NCBI GenBank assembly: GCA_002633005.1 | Contig: NMRA01000077.1 | Location: 496,001 to 560,000 of the forward strand | Origin: Phoronis australis | Lineage: Eukaryota > Animalia > Phoronida | Reading direction: 5' to 3' | DNA length: 64,000 bases | Part shown: piece after piece, positions 47,496 through 61,300 of the stretch | Layout of the letters: each line of letters opens with the position of its first letter | Numbering within the stretch: position 1 is the first letter of the stretch | Program-made: the position numbers and the translations under genes | Notes under the pieces: generated by a model | What the model was told of the DNA's origin: nothing | The model's database searches: none | The model's input: only the letters and a program-made list of their open reading frames with translations

Positions 47496-48082
47496 TGTGA
47501 GATATATATTGTAAACGTAGTATTCTCTCATTGTGTGCTGTCATACAATGCTGTCTTTGTTTGCATGATGAGCCCAAGTATGAGTCACATGACTCTGGGC
47601 GTAGTTTTAAACGGCTCTTGCCCGTCAGACCTCTGGTCTGTAAAGACGTTTTGGAGCTGCGTGTCCTGGCTTTGGTGTTACGTGATGTCTGATGGCTCTA
47701 AGTCCGGTAGGTTGATTATCTCTTGAACTTGAACTTGCAGGCCATGTTTATAACATGTGGCGTAGTCGGCAGTCATTTTTTTTCGTCTATACAGGATATG
47801 GCTTACAACCGGTGTTTTTGTTTTTTCACACCTGTACTTTTCCTGGAGTGGAGGAGGGTAGCACGTACGACATATTTTCTCGTGTTTTGTCATTATATTG
47901 CTGGTTGTTTACTGCTGATTCTTGTGAGACTGCAGTAAATAAATACTGTATTTGATTTGTTGTTTATTAGGTTTCAGTTTAGTTTTCTCTCGATTCCATC
48001 TGCAAAGATGCCAGACCCTCTGATAAGTCCCAGTCAGTATTGAGGTTTTGGCCTGTTCCGCGAAGTAAAAAAACGTGCCACT

Positions 48083-48526
48083 CAGGCCTTTATCCAGGAT
48101 TTCGAAAATAGGGTGTCCAAAATGGGGTTCCCAATATTCCAGGGCGTCCATGATTCCGACGCGTAACCCCCCACCCCCAGCAATTCCCCCAAACACAGAT
48201 TTTTTTACAAAAAATGCATAGACCAAGGTTTTTACATCTAAGTTTACAAAACAGCCTTCTGTAGTGAGCATTTTTACTAAAAAAATGTGTAGACCAAGAC
48301 TTTTACAATGCTATCAACCAAGTGTGAGCATAGTATATTTCTTCCTGCTTTGAAAAAAGAGCCACCACTGTGAGTCTTCATAAGCTTTCTAGTAATCATT
48401 ACAATGTGTGCGTCCAAACTTGAAAGGTTCCTATTGACAGTGGGTGTCCAAATGATACATTGGGTGTCCTTGCCAGGGCGTCCATATTAGTGGCGTTCAA
48501 ATGGACCTACGCTGCATAAAGGCCTG
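48083..48526. mobile_element. Non-autonomous hAT-like transposon, same family as 18712-19610, opposite orientation
   Basis: TIR CAGGCCTTTAT / ATAAAGGCCTG; perfect 8-bp TSD GTGCCACT; subterminal sequence matches the reverse complement of the 18712 element. Confidence 0.88.
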
Positions 48527-48534
48527 GTGCCACT

Positions 48535-49150
48535 GAGTTTTCTTGGTTTCGTAAATTACCACCGTTACAATTTTGCTTGCATTATCGTGCCACTTTACAA
48601 AGTTACTGGTTTCTCTTCCTTTGCGTGGGGAGAGGAGCAGCAATTGGCTTTCAAAGGGCTTTAAGTGGCTTTAACATGACCACCTGTGTTGTCATTACCA
48701 AACCATTGTGATGTATTTATCATAGATTGGGATGTCTATGATCTTGCAATTGGAGCTTGTTTATCCCAAATTCACAATGGCAAAGTAAATGTCATCTCTT
48801 ATTCAAGTTTCGCAATGGTGGATGTGCAGAGGCGTTACTGCACAAGAAAAGAAATATTAGCTGGGGTCCGTTTTACTCATCAGTTTGAGTATCGACACTG
48901 TTTGCTGGGCCAGAATGTCTGCGTCGTTGTGTGATCTCTTGCTTATCAGTGAGTCACGAACAATTCCATACTGTCCATCTGCAAATGGGCAGGTAGAGCA
49001 GTTTAATCACACTCTCATGAATACTGTGAGATGTTACGTTGGTAAATATCATTACAGCTGGGATTTGTAAGTTCCACAAATTGGTGGGGCAATTCTTTTG
49101 TCAACCGCCAGCTATTTTCTCTCCAAACATGATGATGTTGGGACAAGAAA
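48535..49150 (+). mobile_element. Decayed Gypsy/Ty3 LTR-retrotransposon pol fragment (RT-RNase H, integrase)
   Basis: FLGFVNY, PVLSLP...FIIDWDVYDLAIGACLSQ...VISYSS...QRRYCTRKEILA, and SRTIPYCPSANGQVEQFNHTL; frameshifts and stops. Confidence 0.8.
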
Positions 49151-49269
49151 TCAAGGCTGAGATTAAACACGTCAGGTCAGCACTTATAGTCAACTAGTAC
49201 CAGTAGTGGGCACTCAAGACCGCCACCCCAACATCGGCTACGGAGGACCCCCTGGGGACCAAGAAGAGA

Positions 49270-49800
49270 AGAAATCACCTTCAGTCTCTATTATCTACAT
49301 CAGGGGGTTCTCAGAGAACATCTACGTTGAATGTTTAAGTCTCACGATGTCAACACCTATATGAAGCCGTTATGACCCAGAGAAACCAGAAAGTCCACCA
49401 CAAGAACCTCACTCCCCCTCGATCCACAATGTTATGTCAAAAATCAACTGTCACGCACTGAGGATCCGTCTCATACCTACATCAGTGAGACTAAGCGATC
49501 CCTGGGTACCAGAATCAAAGAGCACAACAAACTGGAGAGGCCAACTGGCGTGAGAGAATACCTGGGAACCTCTGGCCATACAGTAAGTGGCAAACATGCC
49601 AAGATCCTGGCTAAAGAGGAGAACTGGTTCTCAAGGAAGTTTAAGGAATCCATACATATCAAGACTAATAAGCCTACCCTGAATCGAGATCAAGGATTGC
49701 AGCTTCTGCCTATCTATGACATACTACTGCCGGAGAACAGAAAGGCGGGAAACCTGGACGTCCCGTCATCAGTCGTTGACAAAGGAGTGTAGAGAATAGT
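49270..49800 (+). mobile_element. Decayed Penelope-like element GIY-YIG endonuclease fragment
   Basis: YISETKRSLGTRIKEH...KILAKEENWFSRKFKESIHIKTNKPTLNRDQG..L.PIYD matches the typical Penelope C-terminus. Confidence 0.8.
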
Positions 49801-50375
49801 CTGAAACATGCAAACTCACAACATTTTAGTCATTGAGTAAGTTGATTCTACTTATATCATACTTTCTCGAGGTTGGTGTTTAAGTACACCCATCGGCTGT
49901 TTATAGCTCTGCGAGCAGTTCCTCCTGTGACCAAATTATCCTCAGTTCATCGGAGCGGTTGAGAAGTTGCCAACCTTCGTGCGGTTTCTACTAGCGTGGT
50001 ACTGGACACGAGTGTCCATAATGAGCGTAGGTTATACCAATTGTGTAAGCAGGGTTGGGGGAAGCGACATGTGATTTGTCATTTTTTTTAGAATGCGTCA
50101 TTTCCAGGCAAGCTACTCGGGAGCAGGTGGTATGACGTCATATCCCCTGGCGATCGCAGAGTGAAAATGGCATCCAGGGACGATGTAATTGCCTGTAGTG
50201 GGCAGTGCTTCATCGGTAGATCATCCGTTTGCCTACTACGCCATTTGTAGTAATAGCCGAGATTACCCAACCCGGGGATCAAACCAGCAACCCCCATAAA
50301 ACTGGCGAGCCATTCACCTAATCGGCAATTGCCCGTTAGTGAATAGCTAACAGAGGCCCATGTCATGGCCTGGCC

Positions 50376-51239
50376 TAGGCAATGACCATCGCCTCTGTTG
50401 GCCCGAACCAGAGGCGATGCAGAGGCTATAGGTGCTCTGTACGCCGGAAGCTTTTCGGCGAATTATGCCTCGCACCGACTAAACCATCAAAGTCACGTTG
50501 TTATAAAGGAACACCTGAGGAGGTTGTCGATGTGTTTAATTTCTTCCAACTCGAACAAATACTCCCATTATCAAACCATTTTTATACTGCGCACGCTCCA
50601 ATTTTTACCGCGCTCGCTAGGTGATGTGACTTCATGACCTCAATCTTTAAATAGGCCAAAGGTGAGCCATTGCGGTCTTGTCAGTCAAATGTTCGTTTCC
50701 AAAATGCCACCACTTATACTTGTCTTTAATTGGCGTTACTTGAAACTGATTGTATTTCAATGAATTATTGTTTGTATTTGATAAAAATAAATGCTGTTGA
50801 CATGACATTTAATATTCTTTGTGCACATATTTGACATTTTAATGTTTAACAACACGGCAAATGCACGGCTGGTTCCCGGCAGCACGTACCCGAAGGGCGG
50901 GAACTTCAGCTTTTAAAGTTCGCCGGTAGGTTCGCAACTTCTGACCTTCGGCCTGGTTAAAAAAATGAAAATGTTGATTTCACGATTTTGGGAACTGAAA
51001 TAGGGACTGCTCGAAGAAAAAGTTTCATAATGGGAGTATTTGTTCGAGTTGGAAGGAATTAAACACATCGACAACCTCCTAAGGTGTTCCTCTATGCGCA
51101 AAAGGTATTTATAACAACGTGACTTTGATGGTTTAGTCGGTGCGAGGCATAATTCGCCGAAAAGCTTCCGGCGTACAGAGCGCCTATAGCCTCTGCATCG
51201 CCTCTGGTTCGGGCCAACAGAGGCGATGGTCATTGCCTA
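50376..51239. mobile_element. Long-TIR (foldback) non-autonomous element, ~200-bp near-perfect inverted arms
   Basis: TAGGCAATGACCATCGCCTCTGTTGGCCCGAACC... at 50376 is inverted at 51239; mirrored ORFs 50382+ and 51233-; N at 51241. Confidence 0.75.
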
Positions 51240-52904
51240 ANTGGTCTGAAAAATCGGTCACGTCCCTGCAAAAAACTCGTGCAAAGTGTTATTAAACGAA
51301 TTTTGCGACAAAAAGAGATTATGAGATAAGTAAAACAATATATTCTTTCATACTTTGCAATAATTTTTATTCACATTTATTACATTTTTGAGTTATTTTT
51401 TGCCGATTGTAGTGAGCGAATTTAACACGGTGACAGATACGCGACGCGATTCGCTGAAGAATGCTGTCCTCGCTATTAAAGTTTATCTCCTGAGGCTGAG
51501 CCGAGGCCGAAGTCGGGGCCGAACTGCTTGCAGGCCGCGTTTACTATAGCTTTTCAATCCTCAAATCACGCATCAAAAGGTCAAATTACAAATTGGCCTT
51601 CATTTTGACACATTAGACGTTACTCTGTATATATTTCAAGTTCCTACTTATTTTGAAGTTTGCATAAATTAGGTAAAAATCTTTTGTCCCTACCTTCTTG
51701 CTTATCAAAATTTCCCGCTTAACTTACACTTCCGGTTACACAGTAAGAAATATTTCAAAAGAAAACTTTCAGTTATTTGATAATAAAGCGGTTATTAACT
51801 TTGTTGTATCAATTACACACTGCACCATATCTTAGATATAAGAGCAAAAACTTTACGCTGAATAAGAAAACTGAAAATCTTCATTCGAAATAATTTTTTT
51901 AATGTACTTCCGTTTCAATTTGTAAACAGATTTGTGCCCGGGCAAGGAAGCCCCGAGTATCGTAGAAGGAGGCGACAGTTTTGATTTTGTGAGGACAACA
52001 TTTTCTTTTATTGCTTGGAATGACTGGCATTTTCAAAATTTACGATGTGTACAAAGGTTGTGTATCAACTGTAGACTAATACTAATAGCCGAGATTACCC
52101 GACCCGAGAATCGAACCAGCTCTTGACGGCGTTTTCCCGTTCAGTGACTTTACCAGACGTAGAGGGCATCTAGCTTCTTTGTTAACTGTCAAGCACAATC
52201 TTTTGTCTGGTATGACAACAGACAGGCCAATCATTCGGAAAGAATAGCTTGTCGAAACTTCGGTTGTAGTTAGGTAATTTTGGCGATTCAAAAACTAAAC
52301 ATGATCATCATTTGACGAGGATTTCAGAAATTCTATTGGTTTATGTTCAAATGTGTTATAACTTACCTTTTTTAATAGCACAGCCCATTTGGGCTAGATA
52401 GGATCTTATTGGAGATTACAGCAATTATCGAGCTGGCCCTCCAACCATAAATGCCAGAATGGAGTTAATCAGTCATGTAAGATATTGGCTACAGGGGTCA
52501 TCTTCCCAACTTGTTGTTGGGCTACAGAATCGAACAAGTTGGGAGTAATGGGAAAATGCCGTAATGGACCCTCATGAAACCGTCAAGCGTGCTAACCATT
52601 CGGCTAATAGGCGATTGCCTGTTAGCCAGTAGCTAACAGAGGCTCATATGATTCACTGGAAGCACAACACTACCTTATACCTAAGACTAACTGACTAAGT
52701 CTTAAAAGTCTAAAGCTCGAAATGTTTTTCTTGTTGATGTTTCTGCAAGCTAACTGCTTCACTAATTGGCTTTACTTTATCATCTTTTATCATGTTTACC
52801 TGCTTACTGATGATGTAGGCAGTTGCACCAGCTGTGTTTGGGTCGACCCACAGAGTGGTACTTCCCATAAAAATTGACTCATTTAAAAGTACAGTGCCTA
52901 ACAT

Positions 52905-53058
52905 GGAATGTGGTGAATCTGCAGTGAGTGCAGTACGAAGCCTAATCTTAATCACTTGCCTACGGGCGATTGCTCTTTGGTTAACTGGTTAAGACACCTC
53001 AGTGGCATTGAAGCAAGAGATATTGGGTTCAAAATTGTGACTAGGTTATTTTTCACTG
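52905..53058 (+). mobile_element. tRNA-like (SINE-like) interspersed repeat
   Basis: A-box-like TGGTTAACTGGTT and B-box-like GGGTTCAAAA; homologous to minus-strand copies at 31691-31840 and the split copy 30541-30580/31440-31535. Confidence 0.45.
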
Positions 53059-53059
53059 T

Positions 53060-53840
53060 AGGAATGAACAAAAGAACAATGCAAATGAGGAGCATGATTC
53101 AAACGACACTCAGTAAGCAGATTGCTGAAGTGTGTTTATGGAAAAATCTACCAAAATATCAGAGGCTTAAGAATCCGTCAAGCAAGAGTGAAGTATAAGA
53201 ATCAAAAGACGAGGCAACAGTGTGCAGATGAAGAATCTGGCAAGACTGGAGGTTGCTGTCCAGGTAGAAACCCTTAGTGATAGAGACCTCTCCACTGTGG
53301 ACCCCCAAGAGGTTGACAATGATCGAGCTGCAGCAGAAGAATCACTGCAGCAGAAGTCCCTGCGCAGATGGCTTGGATTGCCCCGTTGTTTTACAACCGT
53401 GGGGCATTACTGCTGAAGTGCTAAGGTACAACTACCATTTTCATCTGTGGTGGAGGAATTCAAAGTGGCAAAGGCGAGGTTGGTGATGACCTTAAAGGAG
53501 TGCCAGGATGAAAAGATATGGCTTGCAGGTATCCAAATGAGAACAGGGAGGAAACGGTCTACAAGCAGTGCAGTCTTGGAAGCAGAAAGCAGACTTTAGT
53601 ATTGTGATACCATTGGTTCTACCTGTACCGGAGGACGGGCTGGAAATGGAGACACGACAATCTGTTAGAAGACAAATGATGCGAGAGACTATTAGGAGGC
53701 ACGAAGAAGAATCTATAGAAGAAAAAGCAGTTGAGATGGAGTGCCAGGGCACCTGGACATGTTGGATAGCTAATGTGGTGTGAACTATGGACAATGGAAC
53801 CATTCAGAATAACTCAACTGGAAGTCATCCTCTGATGGGC
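53060..53840 (+). mobile_element. Decayed non-LTR retrotransposon fragment, R2-superfamily (HERO-like) post-RT region
   Basis: SLRRWLGLPRCFTTVG, AGIQMRTGRK..SSAVLEAESRL, RRQMMRETIRRHEEE...KAVEMECQGTWTCW resemble HERO-type elements as recalled; broken frames. Confidence 0.6.
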
Positions 53841-54841
53841 ATTGACTTTGTCAGTCACTGTCGACTTGCCACCAAGAGACCGTAACAGGTTTTGGAGTCA
53901 AAACAGCTGCCGACGGGTGATGACCTGGTTGACGACATCTGAGGATTGCGCAGATAACAGCATTCTGTTCGAAGTAAACACTATATATGAAGACTATCAA
54001 GAAAATAGAGCTAGGAACCACTGTGTGTTACGCTCCAATAGACCTAAGATGACTCATACCAATACCTGAAATCCCGCCAGTTCAAAAACAAAATGTTCAG
54101 GAGACACAAAATGTTATTTACAAGTTCTTCCGGTAGTTAGTATTTCGGCACCAATGTGCAAAAATCCATCTTAAGCCCCATAGACATGCTTTGGTTATTA
54201 CCGTACGGTATTATAATCTTGGTGCAAACTAGTAAATATACAGCTTTGGAATGGAAAAGTGAGCAAAACCAAAGTGTTGTACTATGTCAATGACATTGAA
54301 TGACAAACTGTTCCTTAAATTAATTTGGTTACTGGGGTGAAAGGAGTGCTGTTGCAGTTTTTCTGCAGTTAAATTTGTAAAATGATCACATGCTTAAACT
54401 TTGAGCGCCATGAAATTTAGCGCTCTCTGTTGGCCAGTCTCTGTTTTTGTTGATACTTCTATCCAAGATTGCGCACAGTATACAACAAATCACTGAGGGC
54501 AATTCTAGGATGCCATGAGTGTTGCTGATATCAATAGCGAGGAGTCACTCGTTCTGCTGAAGAGAAAGGAGACATATTGTGATGCACGACTTGTGGTTAT
54601 GTCATACTATCAAGAGTCTAAATTCATTGTCTGTCGGCAATTGGGTCAAATTCATAACATTCTCATAAATTCAGACTACGAATTATTATTCACAGAGGTG
54701 TTCTGAATATAGAAATATCAGAAAAACAAACATTGTCTGTCGAGTATACTTATATATTTATTCAATAACTAGGCCTTTGGCCCTTATTACAATCAATTCA
54801 TCAAAATACAATACAGTTAAGTATACATAGCACTGTAAGGC

Positions 54842-55050
54842 TGTGTAATTATTCTGACAATGTGATTCTAATAATATACAAATTTACAGGTACATTCTAA
54901 CTGCATTAATGTGTAATTATTCTGACAATGTGGTTCTAATAATATACAAATTTACAGGTACATTCTAACTGCATTAATGTGTAATTATTCTGACAATGTG
55001 GTTCTAATAATATACAAATTTACAGGTACATTCTAACTGCATTAATGTGT
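54842..55050. repeat. 68-bp minisatellite x3
   Basis: Unit tgtgtaattattctgacaatgtggttctaataatatacaaatttacaggtacattctaactgcattaa. Confidence 0.9.
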
Positions 55051-55306
55051 GCCTGGTTTATAATATTTCCTGTCTTTTAACGATCCATTCCATAGATCTC
55101 AAAACAATTGTACTCTGTCTACAAACTGATTTGGTTACAGCAAACCAGAAGCGTTTAGGAAGGATCTGTGTGGGTTGGCTGTAAATACAGTTTGGCTGTA
55201 ATGTCTACCTCACAGGATACGAATTAGACACAAAATACAGTGTTTTCACATAGTCTCTTCTGCTCAGTGTTGCATTTTGACTGCATTTGTTACAGATCCT
55301 TGAAGT

Positions 55307-58300
55307 ATGAATTGTGGCCCCGCATCTAAACGAAGAAAACTCGACAACGAGGAAGAGGGACAAAATGGATTTCTTTCCGACTTCAGATTTTTCATTGTGG
55401 AAGCAGGAATAGGAAGAGCTCGATGTGACATATTCCGTAAGCAGATCATCAAGAGTGGCGGTAGAATCACTGACATCAAGGATTGCACTCATGTAATTGT
55501 CAGTGATGAGATGGTGCCGGAAAGATTAGTGAAAATTTTGGAGACTGAAGTCTCGTACAACTTTCCTGTTTTAAAAACGAAATGGTTGAGCACTTGTTTG
55601 CGAGAGAATACCATTGTAGATTATGGTGTCTTTCAGCTTGTATTAAGTTCTAATTTGAAAGAAGGTGGCACCAAGAAAAAGAACATTTTACCAGAAAGCC
55701 ATTCTGATGTTATTGCAACAGTGAAGGACACAGAAGGTGAACAACTTGAACAAAGAGTGCAACAAGATGTTAAGGAGGGTGCCAAGATAGACACATCTAA
55801 GCCATCAACCTCTAATAAGGTATTTGACTTCTTTTGTCATATATGATGTGTTATCGCTGCTAGTCATGAATGTTCTCTTGTAGTCCGCGCATATTTAACT
55901 CATAACATGTTGCTTAAGTTCACACATATATTACTAGTTTCTATCAAAGTGTGAGTTCCCCTGATAGCAATGACACCCTCACCTGTTTTCACCTAGCTCC
56001 TACAATAATTTTCCTTTGTCCATCTTGTACAAATACATTGCCTAAGCATTTGTCTAAATTGGGTCAAGGATCACTATTTTGATCTGTTGTACTTTGAACA
56101 GTTCTTCTGGAAAATATAAATGTCTGACAAATACTGTCACATCTTTTACATTTTTTACTTATGCTTCAAGTCATGTATTTTACTCAAGATTTATTTACGT
56201 AGTGTTATATTTTTTGAGTTTGTTTTGGTTTACATTATATGTTAAAATCTATATTTTTGTTGCTATAGCTTTGGTCAGTGTACTGGCATCATCCACACTT
56301 GCTGAATACTTACAAATTGAAATGAGCATTATTTCATTTCAGCTGAGCAAGTGGGTTTGCTCCAAATCTTCTGTTGATGGTGAAGGGAATCACAACCAAC
56401 ACATCACTGACAAATTAAAGGTGAGTGTGATTTTAACCTGTTCTAATCAAAATCATAAGTGTAATGTAACTACATTTGTCTGATTGTGCCGGTATAGGGC
56501 AGCCACTTTCTCTCTCTCTCTCTCTCTCCCTCTCCCTCTCCCTCTCCCTCTCCGTCTCCCTCTCCCTCTCCCTCTACCTGATCATTACATGAATTCTATG
56601 TTTACAATATACGTGTCATTTAAAGACACCACATAACCATACCCTTTGCCCATCGCCACTACTTTGCTTATTAGTAAAGCTCCTGCAATCAATTTAATTT
56701 TTACAATATATGAAAAATATTAGTAGTAAAAATATACTGCCAATTATAACCCAGTACATAATGCGCAATTAACTCGCTGTATGTCTTTGAATGATAGTAG
56801 GTTAGATTTGAATTTCAGATGCCTCTAGTTTCCTCAATTTTTAAGTGGAAAAAGGTAAAACTTCCCCCTTGGAAATGAGCCTGATTGAAACACCAGACAG
56901 TGTAAATGTGGTTAGCATATGGCGTGATTATTACCCACAATGCTGCACATCCATGGAGCAGTTGGACTTTGCTACTTTGAAACAGTAAACTCTCAACAAT
57001 TAGCTCACAATATGGTAGTCAAGTGAAGTTTTATTTTTTTATGTTTGGTTTTTTTCATTAAATATGATTAGTACCAACCAAATGCATTGTTATTTATACC
57101 ATAGCCACCGTCAGACATTGTTTTGAGAATTTGTGACATTCACAATGTTAGAGCCCATGAAAAATGAAAAAAGATCGATTGTGACAATACGTATTTTTGT
57201 ATGAAATTGACGAAATTTTACTGTAATTGTTAATTTACATTAAAAGCGTTTCACCATTTGTCATTCTGATGGCAATAAAGTTTTGTTGTTTTTAGTTGCA
57301 ATGCACACACAAAAAAATTGAAAAGCTGAATGAGGCGTCATGAATCATTCTTTTCTTGTCTGACTAGGAAGTGTGTTGTCACCCCTACCTTTTGGAAATT
57401 TGGTTAATATTGCAATGTTATACCACTGCACAATAGGAGAGTAGAATCTGCGATGAAGATATATATCAGTATTCTCATTTTCAAAAGTGTGTTGAAGTCC
57501 ATTATCCATAGTTAAGTGTAGATATTACAACTGACAGTGTGTTTCAGGACCTAGCTAGTATATATGAAAAGTCCAATGATCGATGGAGAGCACTGGGCTA
57601 CCAGAAGGCAATAACTAGTTTGAAGAAACATCCAAAGCCTATAAGGTCTTGGGAGGTTAGTCATATGTTCACCATCATTTTTATAAATTTCTGCATTCTG
57701 GTTTTGGGGGATGGTGAAAAGTGTAATCTTTGAACCTAGGTAATACATGAATGTCCTTTTTATTTAAAAAAATAAATTTCAAAAATTGTTTCAAAATGTG
57801 ATACAAAAACTTTAATTTCAGGAAAAATATTTTATTTTGGCTTTTGTGTGTCGTGTGATTTTTAAAGCACAAGTAAGTAAAAAGACAAAAATGTTTGTGT
57901 GGAGTAATTTGTAACTGAGAGTGTGTGAGTGTATATAACAAGTATGCAGCCTCATCTTGAAACATTAATTATTTTTTCTCCTATTACATTGGCTGTACTT
58001 CGGGAGCAAGTTTTTGGATATACAGAATTGATTTAGCACACAACACTTTTCATTGTTGGCAGTCGAACGAAACGGAATAAAGACTGTCAACAATGAAAAG
58101 TGTTGTTTGTTCAATTAATTCTGTATATCCTATTACATTTTGCATTTTTTATGTAGTGAGTTGCTGTTATAATTTTGATTACACTATGAGGAATTTACTG
58201 ATTGCCTCTGCAGCTAGATTCTCCTCTGCAAATTTGAGTTTTTCAGAAATTGATAATTTTAACTTGCCATTGGTCAAGACAAAATCTGAAGCCTTGTGGA

Positions 58301-61300
58301 AGACTTATAGACCTAAGTCACGTCGGCAGGAGGCGCATTCCAAAACGAGGCTCGCTACGATAGCTCCGATGGCTTATTGGCATACTGGTTGTATTCCGCG
58401 TTGCTCGAAACGGCTAGAAAAAATACGGACACTCAACTGTCTGTTTTACAATCCCTGAGGACATTGAGATTCGGAAGCATACGTTCGGCCGTTGCCATAC
58501 GCCGCGACGAAGGAAATATGGCCGTGTATCGAAAAGTTAGATCATATTTTGTCACATCTCGGTTGCCGAGCAAAATAGCAACGACCGGAGAATCTTTAGC
58601 CAGCCATGCTTTGTTCATGACTAGGGGTTGAAACATGATGCATTTTTCTTCCCAAAAAAGGACAGGGCCCTCAATTCCTAGATTTTGGGACTGGATATTG
58701 GCCCTATTCCCTCTCAAAAATATTGAAAATCCCCTGAAATTCCCTCCACGAGGCCTAAAAACTCTCCTAGAGATTGAAAATTTCTCTCCGAAGTTCAAAT
58801 TACCTGTAACTACACAAGTGACAATTTGAAAGAGCACAAAATGTTACTTGAGACAGAGCCTGTGAGAGCATGCAACAGGACGGGGTGCTGATCGGGAGGT
58901 AGATTTTGCTCGGGCTGTGCTCGTTTTGAATTTTTTTTAATTTAAAAAATGGTCAAATAAATTGTCATGTATGAGCCTGGTTTTTTATTTTAATAAAAAT
59001 ATATTTAATAACATCAGATATTCTTTCAGATGAATGACAAATCAACTGTTAGTCCCTGTAGTCTCTACCTCACCAGGACCTAGGCTATGCCTGATGTTAA
59101 TATTCTTGATCAACAAATTAAACCTGATGTGACTAATTTTACATGACAGCAAAATGCTATAAGCCACCACTGTTGAGTATATCTTCAACTCGTCAACAGT
59201 ACAAGCAGATGCTTTGTAGAAAGCATTTTTATCAACAATTTACAAGAAGAAACGTAACCCTGCATTCAGCATAATACCTAATCCATAACACTATGATCGC
59301 CATAGTTTGGTCATATCTACTTTTCATGTTTTGAACCTAGTTTTCTGAAAAAACTTATACCCTTTCGTCAGACAACTTTTTGATGCGTTGACTTGTTCTC
59401 TAATATATTTTTCTACGTCTCTGAGATTAATTATCGACACATTTTTAAGATTTAATATCCAGGTTGGACTCGAAAGACCGTCCATTTAACTCGCGCAATG
59501 TCAACTTCAGTTTTGTTTATCGCAGTGAGCCTCGCTTTGGATTTTAATGTCCGCCGCGTGAATTAGGTCTATAGTGGTCATATCTTTGGCTGTATCAGCA
59601 ATTGTTCATATTTGATAGCCATGTTGAGTCCATCTTAATACATCTTGAAACACTTTATTAGTATTTTTTTTCAAGTTTCTGTGACTGGGTGTAATTATTA
59701 GGTTAAATATGTATGGGCAGTTCTGTGACTGAGGTGTAATTATTAGGTTAAATATGGACGGGCTGTTCTGAACTAATATTAAGGAGCCATAAAAATGATT
59801 GATGTTTTTAATTTTAAAATGTATAAAGCTATTAAATTGAGCAAGTCATTTAAATACCTTACCAATGCTTCAAATCCACCTAGTATTTGATGGTAACCTC
59901 TTAAAACGGAAACTAACAAATATTAATAATCAATATTGGAAGGAATTTTTTGAAATGCTTAGCTTTTATATTTCCAGAATGGAGCTAACAAATCAGCCCA
60001 TGGTGTGATAAGTTTAAGGTCAAGGAAAAAAGTATCTTTTTGTAAAATTTACTTTATATTGAGGGTTTTATTTATTAAAGACTTGTTTAGTTGAATCCTC
60101 AAATGGCAAAATACTAAAGTATAATTATCTTGTAAACAATTTAGGAGTTAAAACAAACTGTATGGAGTGTAACAGCATGTGTTCTGTACTTTGTAAATAT
60201 CAAATCAAATGTTCTATTTTCATATTATTTATGTAGTGTGTTCCCAATTTTTTAAATAAACTTCAGAGAAGTGGGAGAGGATCACGACATATTTACCAAC
60301 TTTTTAACTTTGTTCAACAAAACTTAAAAGCAGAATTAAAATGGTCATCTGAATTTGGTTGGATGGAAATTTTATCTGGAAAGATGTCTATTCTAATAAA
60401 TCAAAAATTTAGATGGCTCCAGTTTAGACTGTCCATAAGTTCCTCCTGGATAGTTATAAACATTGAGGAAGATAATTGCTTTTTGTAAAGAGTCAGCTGA
60501 CACACTAAAACTGCTGTCTTAAAAAGATTTAATTTTAATAGTTAGCAACCTAAAACTGCTATTTTGTTTCTGTTTGGGATGCAATTTATGTCTAGTTATT
60601 TAGTAAATGTAGATGAAAAAACTTGATAACGCTTTTTTGAATTTGGTCAGGGATTTCTACAGCGGTGAAAAATATAGACTGTGAGAACTCATTGTATGTA
60701 GTAATTTTATGAAAAGTGGCAACAGTTTAATTATTAATTTATTAATGAATTAACGAGTGGGATACTGCGTGATTGTGTGAGTGAATGAGTTTGAATGTCA
60801 CTATAGACCGGTTTCATATTTCTTCAATCAGGACATTTGAAGTGTTCGTTTTTTAATAAATAATTGCCTTTGCTCCATTTTCATTGTTTGTGGCTTCAGT
60901 ATAATGTAACATACAGTGTTTTCTTTCCAGGAAGCTTTTGCGTTACCTGGTGTTGGTAAGCGGCTGGCTGACAAAATCTGGGAAATTGTGCAGAGTGGTC
61001 AACTGTGCAAATTGGAAGAGCTGAACGCCGACAGTGAAACCCGAACTATCAAAATGTTCACAGACATTTGGGGTGTGGGTCCTACTACTGCACAGCAGTG
61101 GTTACAGCAGGTAAAGGGGGTGCACCTCACTGTCATGAAACCACTAGTTTTCAGACTCGTGTCAAGACCTCCATTGGATGGAATGTTGGATAACTGGGGC
61201 CTCGCCCGTCTGTTTCGTCATCGTTATCATTCACACATCTTTCTGCTCCAGTCTTAGTGAGAGAGAACAACTATTGATGCAGAGAAGACGGTGGAAATCT

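Noticed and set aside
47500-47955. Possible coding exon(s) upstream of the 343-aa ORF
   Set aside because: Short ORFs with stops, no recognisable homology and no clear in-phase splice sites.
50382-51233. Twin ORFs beginning MTIASVGPNQRR on opposite strands
   Set aside because: They are the two arms of an inverted-repeat element and use non-ATG or incidental starts.
52960-53058. tRNA gene
   Set aside because: A/B-box-like motifs are present, but I could not fold a convincing cloverleaf, and it recurs as diverged interspersed copies; treated as SINE-like.
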